Assembly (NCBI GenBank): GCA_964016885.1
Contig: OZ024740.1
Span: 208,568,001-208,632,000, forward strand
Direction: 5' to 3'
Length of the DNA stretch: 64,000 nucleotides
Origin: Eledone cirrhosa
Lineage: Eukaryota
The translations under genes were made by a program, and so were the position numbers. Under the pieces are notes generated by a model. That model worked only from the letters and a program-made list of their open reading frames with translations, was not told the DNA's origin and did no database searches. Numbering within the stretch: position 1 is the stretch's first letter; each line of letters begins with the position of its first letter. Below are positions 53,101 to 64,000 of the stretch, piece after piece.

Positions 53101-54293
53101 CTAATATATAACTGATTAACAGGAAGACAATTTTAGTTTTAAATAAAAGTAATACTTAATATGGCTTAAAAAGAATCGAGGACTGGGGTTTTCACATCAG
53201 TCCGTGTACACCTACACACGTTTATGTGTGAGCGGAGCATGTGTAATGAAACGGGTGAATTCGGTGAGATATTTTCATTATTCTTGTTTCCAAATCTATT
53301 GTCAGTGTGGTAAGTATATATATAAATCAAGATGAATTCAGTTTGAAACTGGTTAGACCATTACTCAAAAGAGTACGCAATACTTTGGGTAGTAGAGCAT
53401 GGTTATATTATAGTGTCTGGACTCGATGGGTGAGCCCTTGCTGTTTCAACAGCTACTTCGACTAGCTGTTGAAACGGCAAGAACTCAGCTTTATAATATA
53501 TACTATCCCCCACAAAATGCATATACACTTCAACACCATTCTAATAAATATGTATATACATTTTTGGGGGACATCCTGTATATATATACTATATATCTAT
53601 ACGATACTTATACAAGTTATTTTAACACAATCACGGATACATCACCTGTGATTATGCTGAAGTCACTGGGTGTTTCGTGTTTTACAACAGACATCTTAAT
53701 TTAAGTGACCACAGGTAATAATTTCATGACGATTTTTCAATTCAATTTCATTTTATATTTTTACTGAATATATCTAAAGTTAATAAGATACATTTCAGTT
53801 CAAATACGGGGGGGGGGGGGATTACCATATACCTTTTACATGATCTGTACTTAATAGATGTTTTCTATTAATTCAGTTGGGCTTTTCTGTAGTGTTCAAC
53901 ACATGGAATTTTAAAGAAAAATAAGACTTTCGCCCGATACGAATGAAACAGTTCTAGTTCTGTAAAAGTTATTTCTACATAAAATATATAGTATTTTATC
54001 CGTTTCTTATCTAAAGTGTACTTGAATAAAAATTTTAATAAGAGATTTAGTAAAGAGTGAGTTGTGATCACATGGAAGCATGCAGTTTTATGTCAGACAT
54101 TTTAACATCGTGGCATATATGAGCACACATGTGTATACATTAACAGTGGATAAATTACAGGCAAGGTAGCGTATATTTATATAGCAAATATTATATAAGA
54201 GATTTAATTTTATAAATAAATCATAATTTAGTGAATATTCTATGTTAATAATAGATTAAAAGAAAGAAACATTTAGAGAGAAACTCACCTCAT
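47074..54293 (-). CDS. RPL19: 60S ribosomal protein L19 (eL19), join of 54289-54293, 51967-52073, 49918-50161, 48100-48210 and 47074-47197; 591 nt, 196 aa
   Basis: [51 protein letters not shown]...[19 protein letters not shown]...[30 protein letters not shown]...DQAEARR. All introns are GT-AG and the phases join in frame. Confidence 0.97.
48100..48210 (-). CDS. RPL19: RPL19 coding exon 4
   Basis: cttcag|A TAC CAT ... CTC AG|gtttgc, 111 nt. Confidence 0.96.
49697..49884. mobile_element. TTAA-bounded (piggyBac-type) MITE; relatives at about 55812-55970, 56410-56628 and 60553-60753
   Basis: TTAATCCTTTAGTATT...AATACTAATGGGTTAA termini. The shared subterminal motif TTTAAACCGGCCGTATCTGGCCAGAATTCT is seen in the 55812 and 56410 copies. 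Confidence 0.65.
49918..50161 (-). CDS. RPL19: RPL19 coding exon 3
   Basis: ttgcag|GG CAA AAC ... CAC TT|gtaagt, 244 nt. Confidence 0.97.
50560..51770 (+). mobile_element. Decayed RTE-like LINE in RPL19 intron 2 (antisense)
   Basis: [17 protein letters not shown]...[33 protein letters not shown] and VEKFKYL, with many stops and frameshifts. Confidence 0.8.
51967..52073 (-). CDS. RPL19: RPL19 coding exon 2
   Basis: cttcag|T AAC TTG CGC ... AAC TCT A|gtaaga, 107 nt. Confidence 0.96.
54289..54293 (-). CDS. RPL19: RPL19 coding exon 1 (ATGAG)
   Basis: GCCATGAG|GTGAGT about 35 nt downstream of a pyrimidine initiator. Completes codon 2 with exon 2. Confidence 0.88.
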
Positions 54294-54320
54294 GGCTACT
54301 AGCAGCTACAACGATGAACT

Positions 54321-54347
54321 AAGAGAGAGTGATATTCACACTTCCGG
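54321..54347 (-). promoter_or_regulatory. RPL19 core promoter: TCT/5'TOP initiator plus ETS-type CCGGAAGT site
   Basis: Minus strand CCGGAAGTgtgaatatcaCTCTCTCTT, typical of ribosomal protein promoters. A second ACTTCCGG lies at 54530-54537. Confidence 0.75.
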
Positions 54348-55443
54348 AAAATAACTACTCACTGAAGAAATAGTTCTTCTAGGTTATAGAAATTTCTCAA
54401 GATAAATCAAAACAAATTGATATAAATTTAATTAATCTTTAAGTAAATCGTTTAAAACTAATTACATAAATTGTATTTCTTTTATAAATAAATGAATAAT
54501 AATCTAATACTGCTAAAGTTAAATCACTAACTTCCGGTAGTCTACAGCTATAACGAGAGAAAAGGGACGAATCGAGGTAAATAAAAAAAATTCATTATTA
54601 ATTATATAAAAACATTTATTGTATAATTTCTCTCTTGAATAAATTTATTTACAAATATTAAAATATTTTAATATCAAACTATATGTGTAATATTTTTGTA
54701 CATTTATACGTTTCACAACGTTGGAAGCGATTCGGCAAAGCGTACTGTGGGCTAGCATGGATTTCCGAGGGTAGAAACTCACAGAGGGTTGTTTTTTTTA
54801 ATCAGTTAATCAGGAATGAAAGGGCAGTATCGATTAACCTTTTCGAGGCCTTAAAGACTGGTAGGAAGGAGGGGATAAGTATCCGCAGACAAGGAACCTA
54901 GTTCATATACTGCATTCTAAATGCGCACAAGGCCCGGGTTACGGTGTTAAACTGGGCAACGGATTACGTCTTCCACTCAAGCTAGCAGTGATATTTTAAC
55001 TCAGATTGCAAATGTCGCAATCATCTCGTATATTTTTTTAATGATTTTATTCTGGAAAAGGAAAGCAAAGAACTTAATGCATTGACGTCGTAGGTACCTC
55101 CTTCCACAGACACTGTTTGTCAGTTTAAGTAGCGACATGGCTATAACTGTGTAGACAAGAAGAGGATTCTAGAAGGTTAGCGCTGTGGGAGAAAGTATTG
55201 GTCGAAGTGGTTTGTATGGAAGAACATAAAAAAGAAAAACAAAGGTAGTGGGTGGCGAATGGAGAATAGTTGGATGTAGAATAGTCGGCTTGAATGGTTG
55301 GATATAATATGGCGATGTTTCACTGAGAGGAGCAGTACAAAAGACAGCGAGGAGACAGCACACCTGTGGGTGAGAGACTGGAGTGTGTCTGGGTGAGAGA
55401 GTGGAGTGCGTCTATGGACCAGAGAGTGGAGTGTGTCTGTGAA

Positions 55444-55486
55444 TCAGAGAGTGGAGTGTGTCTGCTGTGAGGAGCAGAGGCCGTTG
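55444..55486 (-). CDS. Candidate terminal coding exon of an unidentified gene
   Basis: Acceptor tctcctatcttttatactgctatag|. Joined to 60138-60213 it gives ...EDGDGDTNGLCSSQQTHSTL*. No homology recognised. Confidence 0.3.
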
Positions 55487-55589
55487 CTATAGCAGTATAA
55501 AAGATAGGAGATTAAGTACTAACTTAGTCTTGGATAACCCCCCACCAACTCTTGCTAGCAATGAAAACAGTCATTGAATAATTGTTTCT

Positions 55590-55760
55590 ACTTTTGGCAC
55601 AAGGCTAGCAAATACCCAGTGCATTACTGGTACTTTATTTTATCGACCCCGTAAGGATGAAAGGCAAAGTTAACCTCGGCGGGATTTGAACTTAGATCAT
55701 AAAGGGCCATAACTCTATGCTGCAAAGCATGGTGTCCGAACCTCTACCGATACTGCCAAA
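55590..55760. mobile_element. SINE-like dispersed repeat
   Basis: GGTACTTTATTTTATCGACCCCG-AAGGATGAAAGGCAAAGT-ACCTCGGCGG-ATTTGAAC (reverse B-box-like). A related piece lies near 46680-46750. Confidence 0.55.
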
Positions 55761-56629
55761 TGGGTATAATGTATTGAAGAAATAAAGTATGAATAATCTG
55801 TTAAATGAACATTAACCCTTTAGCATTAAAACTGGCTATATCTGGCCAGAATTCTTTCTCCTTTTTGAAACCGGCCGTAACCAGCAGCTCACATCACAAT
55901 AACATCATCAAAATCTCATAGACTGTGAGATAATTATGTGAGGCAAAGCCTTTACCATGAAAATACAATAGTAAATATAGAGTAATCATCATTTTACATC
56001 CGCCTTTCCCTGCTTGCAAGGGTAGGATAGGTCGTCTTCAGCACATCATCTCTCCACTAGTCACAGTCCCTTGTCATCTCCTCTGAGCTTCAGTGATCTG
56101 AGGTCAACTCTCACCAACTCCATCCATGTTTTCCATGGTCTTCCTCTACAGCATCTTCCACTAGTAATGTAAATGCTAAAGGGTTAAGATGTTCTGTACA
56201 ATAAACTAACAAGGTTACATTTAACTGTGCTGGGGAGTGAAGCATAGCAATGATCAAAATAGATTTCTTTTGGATGTTTTTGTGTGTAATTGCAGATATA
56301 GCCAAAATATTCCAATGTCGGTCTCACCTGATCTTTCTCGACAGACAAATGTCCCAAGACCTAATCCTGTAACCAGAAGTTCTAAGGCCTAATTCTTGTA
56401 TGCCATTGTTTAACCCTTTAACATTTACATTACTCTATATTTACTTTTATATTTTCATGGTAAACACTTTACCTCACATAATTATATCATATAATATTGA
56501 ATCTACGAGATTTTTATATTATTTATTTTGAGAACAATACCTTAACATCAGTATCAGTGGCCGGTTTAAATAGAAAGAGGTCAGAGAATTCTGGCCAGAT
56601 ACGGCCGGTTTGAATGCTAAAGGGCTAAG

Positions 56630-57030
56630 ATATGAGATAGTATTAAAAAGTTTCCAGACTAGTTCTGTAGCATGCCAACAGATGGCAACACACAGTTGTG
56701 CGTGCAGTGAGAGTTAGCAGTGAGCTTCAGACGCCATTGCTGTGTTCACTTCACAAGTTGTGAAATTTGTGATTTTGTGATCATGTGTATGTTGTAGCCT
56801 GCGTCTTTGTCATGAACAGGAACTAATGTGAAATTTTGCATTTAACTTCGGAAGTCTGCTACAGAGACATTGAGCCTGCTTCAGCAAGCTTATGGCGACA
56901 AGGCAATAAATCATGCAATGTTACAAGTGGCACGAGTGCTTTAAAAGCAGAAGAACATCCCTGGAAGATGACGAGCGATCTAGAAGACCTGCCATGAATG
57001 TCACCCCTGGAAATGTGGAGAAAATTAATC
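56630..57030 (+). mobile_element. 5' fragment of a mariner transposon (TIR plus decayed N-terminal HTH)
   Basis: NVKFCI*LRKSATETLSLLQQAYGDKAI...YKWHECFKSRRTSLEDDERSRRP. Confidence 0.85.
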
Positions 57031-57319
57031 ATAATTCTCTTATCATGTCATAAAATTACACACACACAGTGTGCAGCAGAGAGGACAGTGTTGGTACGGA
57101 TATTTGATGCACATGGATGATGTTTGATGGGTAAAGAAGTGCAAGGAAATCCCAATGGAAGGCAGCTGTAGTAGAGATAGACCAAGGCAGAGGTGGTGAA
57201 AGCTGACATCAAATCACTGAGACTCACAGAGGAGATGAAGGAACGCAGAGAATGGAGAGATGCTGTGCTGAGAAGGACCTGTATAACCCATGCAAGCATG
57301 AAAAAATGGATGTATAAAT

Positions 57320-59300
57320 GATGATGATGATGATCATTATTTTACATCCGCTTTTCCCTGCTTGCAAGGGTGAGATGAGTCCTCTTCAGCACAGCATCCC
57401 TCCATTCGTCACAGTCCCTCGTCATCTCCTCTGTGAACTTCAGGGATCTGAGGTCAGCTCTCACTACCTCCGCCCATGTTTTCATGGTCTTCCTCTACTG
57501 TGTCTTCCTTCCACCGGGATTTCTTGGCACTTCTTCACCCAGCAGTCATCTTCCATGCTCATCACATTGGCCATAACAACACAGTCTTCTCTCCCACATA
57601 CTACAGTTTATCCCTCTTATACACAGTTTCACTCTCAACTTGTCTATGCTTCGTCATTCACACACATTGACATTGCACATCCATCAGAGCATGCTTGCTT
57701 CATTTCTCTTCAGCCTTCGCATATCCTCCGCAGTCACTGCCCATGTCTCACTACCATGCAGCATCATGCATCTCACACAGGCATCATATAATTGACCTTT
57801 CATTCATAGGGAGAAACCCCTCGTCAGCAGAGGAAGCAGCTCCTAAACTGAAAAGTGTGCCTATCACTGACAATACTACTATCAATTTTCCATGAACATC
57901 TACTACATACAAAGTTTTCCCTTCCTGTTAGTTTGCCTGCTATCCCACTACACCTCTTGCATACCCAAGATCTGCATTGTGTACATTCTATAGAGTTTAT
58001 GCCAACTTCTTTTCTACATATCAAACATGGCCATTTCCCTGATAGAATCAGAGTTTTGTCCTCTTTCTTACTTTCCTACTTGTCAACACTTCAGTCTTTG
58101 CTAGGTTCACTCTCAATCCTTGATTCCAACCGCTGTTTCCATAGCCAGAATTTATTCTCTAGCTCCTCTACTGATTCTGCTATAAGTACCAGATCGTCAG
58201 CATAGAGAAGTTCTCATGCGCAGCCAGTCTTAAACTCCTCCATTATGGCTTGAAGAACTAAAACGAATAAGAGTGAGCTGAGGACCGAACCCTGATGAGC
58301 TCCTACTTGTATCTAGAATTCCTCACAAAACTTAATTCCTACTCTCACTTTACTGACAGCTCCTCTGTACATAGCTTGCACTGTCCTCACAAGCCATACA
58401 CCTAGTTTCCTTAGGGATCACCAGATGACAGATCGGGGTACTCTATCAAAACCTTCTCTAGGTAAAAAAAAGCTAAATATAGTGGCTTATTCTTTAAAAA
58501 CATCTCTTGTAGTTGTCACACTAAGAAGAGGGCATCTATTGTACTTTTCCCAGGCACAAAACCAAACTGCATCTTATCTAATTTGACTCTTTCTCTAATT
58601 AGTTGTGCTAGCATTCTTTCTGACACTTTCATAACCTGATCCATCAGCCCTATAATTGCTGCTCTCCAGAGCATCCCCTCTACCTTTGTAGTATTTTACA
58701 AGAATACTGCTGCACCAGTCTTTGGGTCTGACTCCCCCATTGATTGACTATGCATGCAATCAGTTTAGTTTCTACTTCTCCTGGTGCCTTCAATCCCTGA
58801 TGGTCCAGCGGCCTTACCGCTTTTCATTTCCTTAATTGCCTCTTTGCCTTCATAGTCGTCAACCTCAATAGCTGGTCCCTCTGTTGGGGGTAATTTCTCT
58901 CTCTCCCATTCATTCTCAACATTCATCAGTCTCTCATAATGATATTTTCAGGCCTCCTTTTTCTGAGCATCAGTGGCATTAAGTGCACCAGCATCATTTC
59001 GGACTCACCACACTTATCTCCAACAACATCCTGATTTACACTGTCACACTGCCTTGCAATACGGAACACCTCATGTCACTGGTCCTCTCATTGCAGAACA
59101 TTGGCAAACCTCCTACTCTCAGCTTCTCTGCGTGCTAAGTATACCTGATGTCTAGCCTCTCTTTTAGCGACTGAGTATCGGTCTCTACTCCTTCCATTTT
59201 GTTCCCAATCCTTCCATGCTTGTCTTTTGTCTTTAATGGCTCTATCTACTGTGCTGTTCCACCACCAAGTCACCCACTGTCTTTGCTCCAGCCACAAGTC
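57320..59300 (-). mobile_element. Decayed RTE-like LINE with a PHD-like finger after the RT core
   Basis: WWWNSTVDRAIKDKRQAWK, VGAHQGSVLSSLLF, LYADDL (58190-58207), CRKEVGINSIECTQCRSWVCKRC...FVCSRC, and (ATG)n/(CAT)n-type tail sequence. Confidence 0.85.
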
Positions 59301-60137
59301 TTTTCAGTTGCTTGCAGTAGGTTGTCACTTAAGAACTTCCAGTTATCTTCTATATCATACAATTCTAATTCTATTCTATAGTTACAAATTAAGAACAGAA
59401 GACAACAAAAATATCAGACATGGAAAAAATGGAGCAACACAGACAAAAACATCCCTTCTTCAGCTATCTGTTGGAGATCACTGCAACTTTGGAACTTAAA
59501 GAAATAACTACAAAGGAATGAAGTGAGAAAGATGACCACACAGATATGGCCATCATATAGATTGTGTGGCCGTATTGGGTTGATTTAATCATCTTATGGT
59601 GTGGGTCTGTGTGGTCAGGGTGGGAATATATGTCAGGTCAGTGGACCTAGCATTAGCTACTCCATTGGCTGGGATTATCACAACAGCAGCAATGACAACA
59701 TATCTTCATCATGATCGTTTAACATTCACTTACCTTGCTAGTATTGGTTGGACAGGTCTACATAGGTCAATTTGGTACTGTAGCAGGGCTACTGACCTCC
59801 CAGACAGGCCAGGGGAGAGGGGAGGTTTGCATCTCACATACGGTCATACATTCCAGTGCACAGGAGAGGTCATGTCTTTTGACATAAACTGATAGGTCCT
59901 CCCAACCCCTACTTTGGCAAGTCTTCTATGGCTGGATGCCCTTCCTATCACCAACCAATTTGCAGCATGTACTGGATGTTTTTATCATGTAGATCACCAG
60001 CACTAAGGAGGCTGTCATGTCAAGGGCATGTTAGACAAGCTTTCTACAGGTGGATACCATAGTTTTATATATAGTAAAATCATTCAAGTAAAATATTATT
60101 GAAATAAAAGAAACTGTAAAGTTAAACAATTTCTTAC

Positions 60138-60213
60138 GTGTCTCCGTCACCATCCTCCGAGGAAACTTCTCTGCTCTGTCTGCCAGGACTCCAGGCGGCC
60201 AGCACATGGGTCC
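60138..60213 (-). CDS. Candidate internal exon (76 nt) of an unidentified gene
   Basis: GC-rich island bounded by ctccctctctccct...ttag| and |gtaaga. Open in two frames (THVLAAWSPGRQSREVSSEDGDGD or GPMCWPPGVLADRAEKFPRRMVTET). Confidence 0.4.
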
Positions 60214-61552
60214 CTAATTGCTCATAATAGGGAGAGAGGGAGGCAGTGACAGTGATAGTTTAGTTCCATTGTGTTCATGGATATGTTTTGCGGACACACT
60301 TACACAGAGGCAGTCACCATTATGTAGAATTACACCAGTCAATACAAGTTTTGATTCTTTAGAAAACATACTCTATTTAAAATGTAGCTTTTTAACAAAA
60401 TTACTCCCTTGTGCACGTTATTAACTAGGCAGCTTTAATTAATCTGATATTGATGAAGTAATATTAAAGGATTGTCACTGGTTTGATAAGGAATTGAACC
60501 ACATATCTCTAGTTAACTGAGTAAACATGTTCAACACTATTGTGTCATAGTATTAACCTCTTCAGTGCTGTAGACGAGATAACTCATCTTACCATGTTTG
60601 AACTCATTTCCAACAGTTCATAACTTCAGAGCTAGATGTGGTTAGTAGTTTATTGATGTGACATTTGTCAATTCAAAATAGTCATTTTCCTGAAAAAAAC
60701 ATTGGTACAGCAATTATAGCTGTGTAAAATATATGCGGCAGTCAACAGGTTAACCCATTATAACCATATAGCACTGGAGTTGAACCACATATCTCTTGTT
60801 AACTAAGTAAACATGTTCAATACTATTGTATCATAGTATTAATCCATTATAACTATATAGCACTGAAATTGCTTTTAACACATCACCAAGTCTCACAGAG
60901 GAGATGATGAAGGAACACAAGCAAGTAGAGAGATGCTGAACCCATGGAAGTGTGGAAAAATGAACATAAAAATGATGATGATGAAATAATGATAAATTAT
61001 TCAATGGTAAACTAATGGCTTACTAAGTCTTCACAGACATTCTTCCTCCTCCTCTCTCTCTCTCTCTCTCTTACTGTCTGGCTATCTTTATCTCTCTCAC
61101 CTCCTTTTATTACCATCTACCTAACTATCTATCCATCTATCTACCTATATATTCATCCATCTAGCTATCAATCTATATCTGTCTCTCTGTATCTCACTCT
61201 TTCTTGATGCCTCTCTCTCTATCTTTCTTGATGCCCCCCCCCCTCTCTTTCACACACAGACATACGCACAAGCACATCCATACAAACAAACTAACAGACA
61301 TATACACACTTATATTAGAAGTAATTGTTTGGTCTGACATTTTATGAGACCTTAGAAATTTTCTGTCTGTCTAGTCAGATAACACTAAATTATTAAATAT
61401 CTCCACTAATTTTTTTTTATTTTCTCTCACACCACCACTACCATTACTACTGCCTTCAAAACAACCACCATCACTGCCACCACCATCACCACCACCCAAT
61501 AATGTTATTTTTTAGCTCTGGGGCCAGATTTGATCAAGCCAAAGTTGATCAC

Positions 61553-61926
61553 AAAGTCACTTCAGCTGTAACATTCATGTTGAGCCAATGACTCACAATA
61601 TCTCTCCAGCTGTAAGTCATGTTGAGCCAATGACTCATAAAGTCACTCCAGATATAACAGTCATGTTGAACCAATGACTTTCAAAGTCACTTCAGCTGTA
61701 ACAGTCATGTTGAACCAATGACTCACAAAGTCACTCCAGATGTAATAGTCATGTTGAGCCAATGATTAATAAAATCACTCCAGATGTTGAATCAATGACT
61801 CATAAAGTCACTCCAGGTATAACAGTCATATTGAGCCAATGACTCATAAAGTCACTCCAGATGTAACAGTCATGTTGAACCAATGACTCACAAAGTCACT
61901 CGAGATGTAACAGTCATGTTGAACCA
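61553..61926. repeat. Minisatellite, about 43 bp unit, about 9 copies
   Basis: Repeats of AAAGTCACTCCAGATGTAACAGTCATGTTGARCCAATGACTCAY. Confidence 0.9.
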
Positions 61927-62835
61927 ACGTAAGATGGTTGGATAACAAAGTAAGATGGTTGGATAACATCCATGTCCTTGGTTTGTCTCGGTGCTCCAGC
62001 CAGATCATTTGGAGACAATTGCTTCTGACAGGACCTTCTGCAAGGTGTGTCTGAGGACTCTGCCTTCATGATCCTCCAAAGAATAAGTGAGCAAAGAAGA
62101 ATAAGAATATATCATCATCATCATAATCATCATCATCATCATCATTGTTTAATTTCTACTTTCCCTGCTAGTAAGGGTTAGATGGATCTTCATAAACCAA
62201 GTCAGTATTGAAGTGGGGCTACTGATACCCCAGACAGTTTCACATTCGACCACCAAGTGCACCAGCACCAAAGAGGTTGTCATGTCTCTGAAATAACTGA
62301 TGGGTGCTCCCAACATTTTGTTTGGCAAGCTTTCTATGGCTGAATGACCTAGAATTGATAATCTACACAATAAACTAGGGTGTGCAAGTGGATGAGTGGG
62401 TGGGGAAACAGAGATAAGTCAGGTCACACTGTATGCTGCTGGTTGGGTCTTCTCCAGCACAACATAGTGCCAGCCTCGTGGTTCTTTGTCACCTCTGTTG
62501 AGAGGTGTAGTATTTTTAAGGTCAATCTTCAAAACCTTGTACCAAGTCTTCCTGGGTCTGTCTCTTCGATGGGTCTCAGCCACAGGGTTTCTCTGCATTT
62601 TTTTATGCAGCTGCTGTCTTTCATATGCATCATCTGCCCATACCAATGCAGTCTTCTGTTTAGCATACTACATCCAATTAGTCTTATGCCAAGTGTTCCC
62701 TCAGTTTACTTATGCTATGTCGTTTATACACACTAACATTACTCATCCATCAGAGTATATACAATTTGTTTCTTTCTAGCCTCCACAGGTCTTCTGCAGT
62801 CAAGGATGATGTTTCACTGCCATGTAGCATTGTAG

Positions 62836-62888
<53 letters not shown>

Positions 62889-63224
62889 ACATATCATCAT
62901 CATCGTTGTTGTTTTAATGTCCACATTCCCTGCTAGCAAGAGTTGGAAGGGTTTACATAAATCATGTCAGTACCGAAGCAGTGTCTACTGATATTCCAGC
63001 CAAACAAGGGATCTGTCGTATATTTATATGACCTGAATTATCTCATAATGCAAGAGCCCAGCTAACCCATGCCAGTATGGAAGTTAAATGATGATGATGA
63101 TGATGATATATATGTATATATATATTTATTTACGTATAGCACGGAGCATATGTGCATAAACACACATGCACCGTGTTATATTATGACAGTATTGTGTTAG
63201 CTCAATGTATAAGAACAGAGTCGT

Positions 63225-63522
63225 TATATGTAAAAGAAACCAAAGAACGCTTACATACTCAAACAGTTTTTATTTGCTTACAATGTTTCATCCATACTGT
63301 TTGGTACGAATGCAATAGAGGGTAAAGATAGGGAGATTGGATCCGATCTCCCTATCTTTACCCTCTATTGCATTCCGATTGTTCGTGTGACTAGTCTTTG
63401 TGGAGCTTATACTCAGCACTGTGTTTATTAAGCTCTGAGGATTCCTACCAAACGGTATGGATGAAACATTGTAAGCAAATAAAAACTGTTTGAGTATGTA
63501 AGCGTTCTTTGGTTTCTTTTAC

Positions 63523-63526
<4 letters not shown>
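63225..63526 (+). mobile_element. Fold-back PLE derivative with nested palindrome and hammerhead
   Basis: Outer inverted arms about 63225-63306 and 63446-63526, inner palindrome 63308-63375, ending in (TA)n. Confidence 0.8.
63432..63476 (+). ncRNA. Minimal type I hammerhead motif
   Basis: GCT-CTGAGGA-TTCCTACC AAAC GGTATGGAT-GAAA-CATTG-TA^AGC. Confidence 0.65.
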
Positions 63527-63585
<59 letters not shown>

Positions 63586-64000
63586 GAACAAAATATATCC
63601 AGCCCACACTGTAAAGGGTCATGTAGGAATCATGACAAAAAGCACCCAGCACACACTGTAAATGTGGTTGGCATTAGTAAGGGCATCCAGCCGTAGAAAC
63701 AGTTCTATATGAGTAAGACATGGTCACCTGACCCAACCTCAAATGAGACAACCCGTCTAACCCATGCTAGCATGGAATAGGGATGTTAAATGATAATGAT
63801 GACGATGATGATATATATATAGCCTAATGAGCGTAATCCTATGCCTGAGAGAGGAAACTCCCTTTAGTCTATTCTATTTACACGGTTACTTTAAACAAAC
63901 AAGGCAATTTGCTAATAATGTGGATAAATGTCACATGCTCACCAAATAACTATTTATCTATCTATCCTTCACCACCACAACTACTACTACTACTACTACT

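Noticed and set aside
61553-61926. CRISPR-like array (also 37077-37670)
   Set aside because: Head-to-tail tandem repeats with no unique spacers, no cas genes, and eukaryotic context.

Overview
AT-rich, microsatellite-rich animal genomic DNA. The SINE/MITE/LINE repertoire resembles an octopod cephalopod (inference). Bases 1-24127 are a heavily variant (TTAGGG)n array with kb-scale higher-order duplications. Its G-strand points into the unique sequence, the wrong way for a terminal telomere, and the array/unique junction is present three times. About 640 bp beyond it is an apparently intact Penelope-like retroelement (741-aa RT plus C-terminal GIY-YIG, probably Hydra clade) with direct and inverted pseudo-LTRs carrying type I hammerhead ribozymes. 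The 30-45 kb region is a nest of truncated Penelope-like elements in (TA)n tracts, many with fold-back structure and hammerhead motifs, plus a Helitron, a mariner MITE and LINE fragments. A complete 5-exon RPL19 gene (196 aa) lies on the minus strand at 47074-54293, followed by two candidate exons of an unidentified gene and mariner/RTE relics. The most novel-looking signal is a short covarying RNA hairpin 1-3 nt downstream of the Penelope reverse-transcription start points. All alignments and RNA folds were done by eye.
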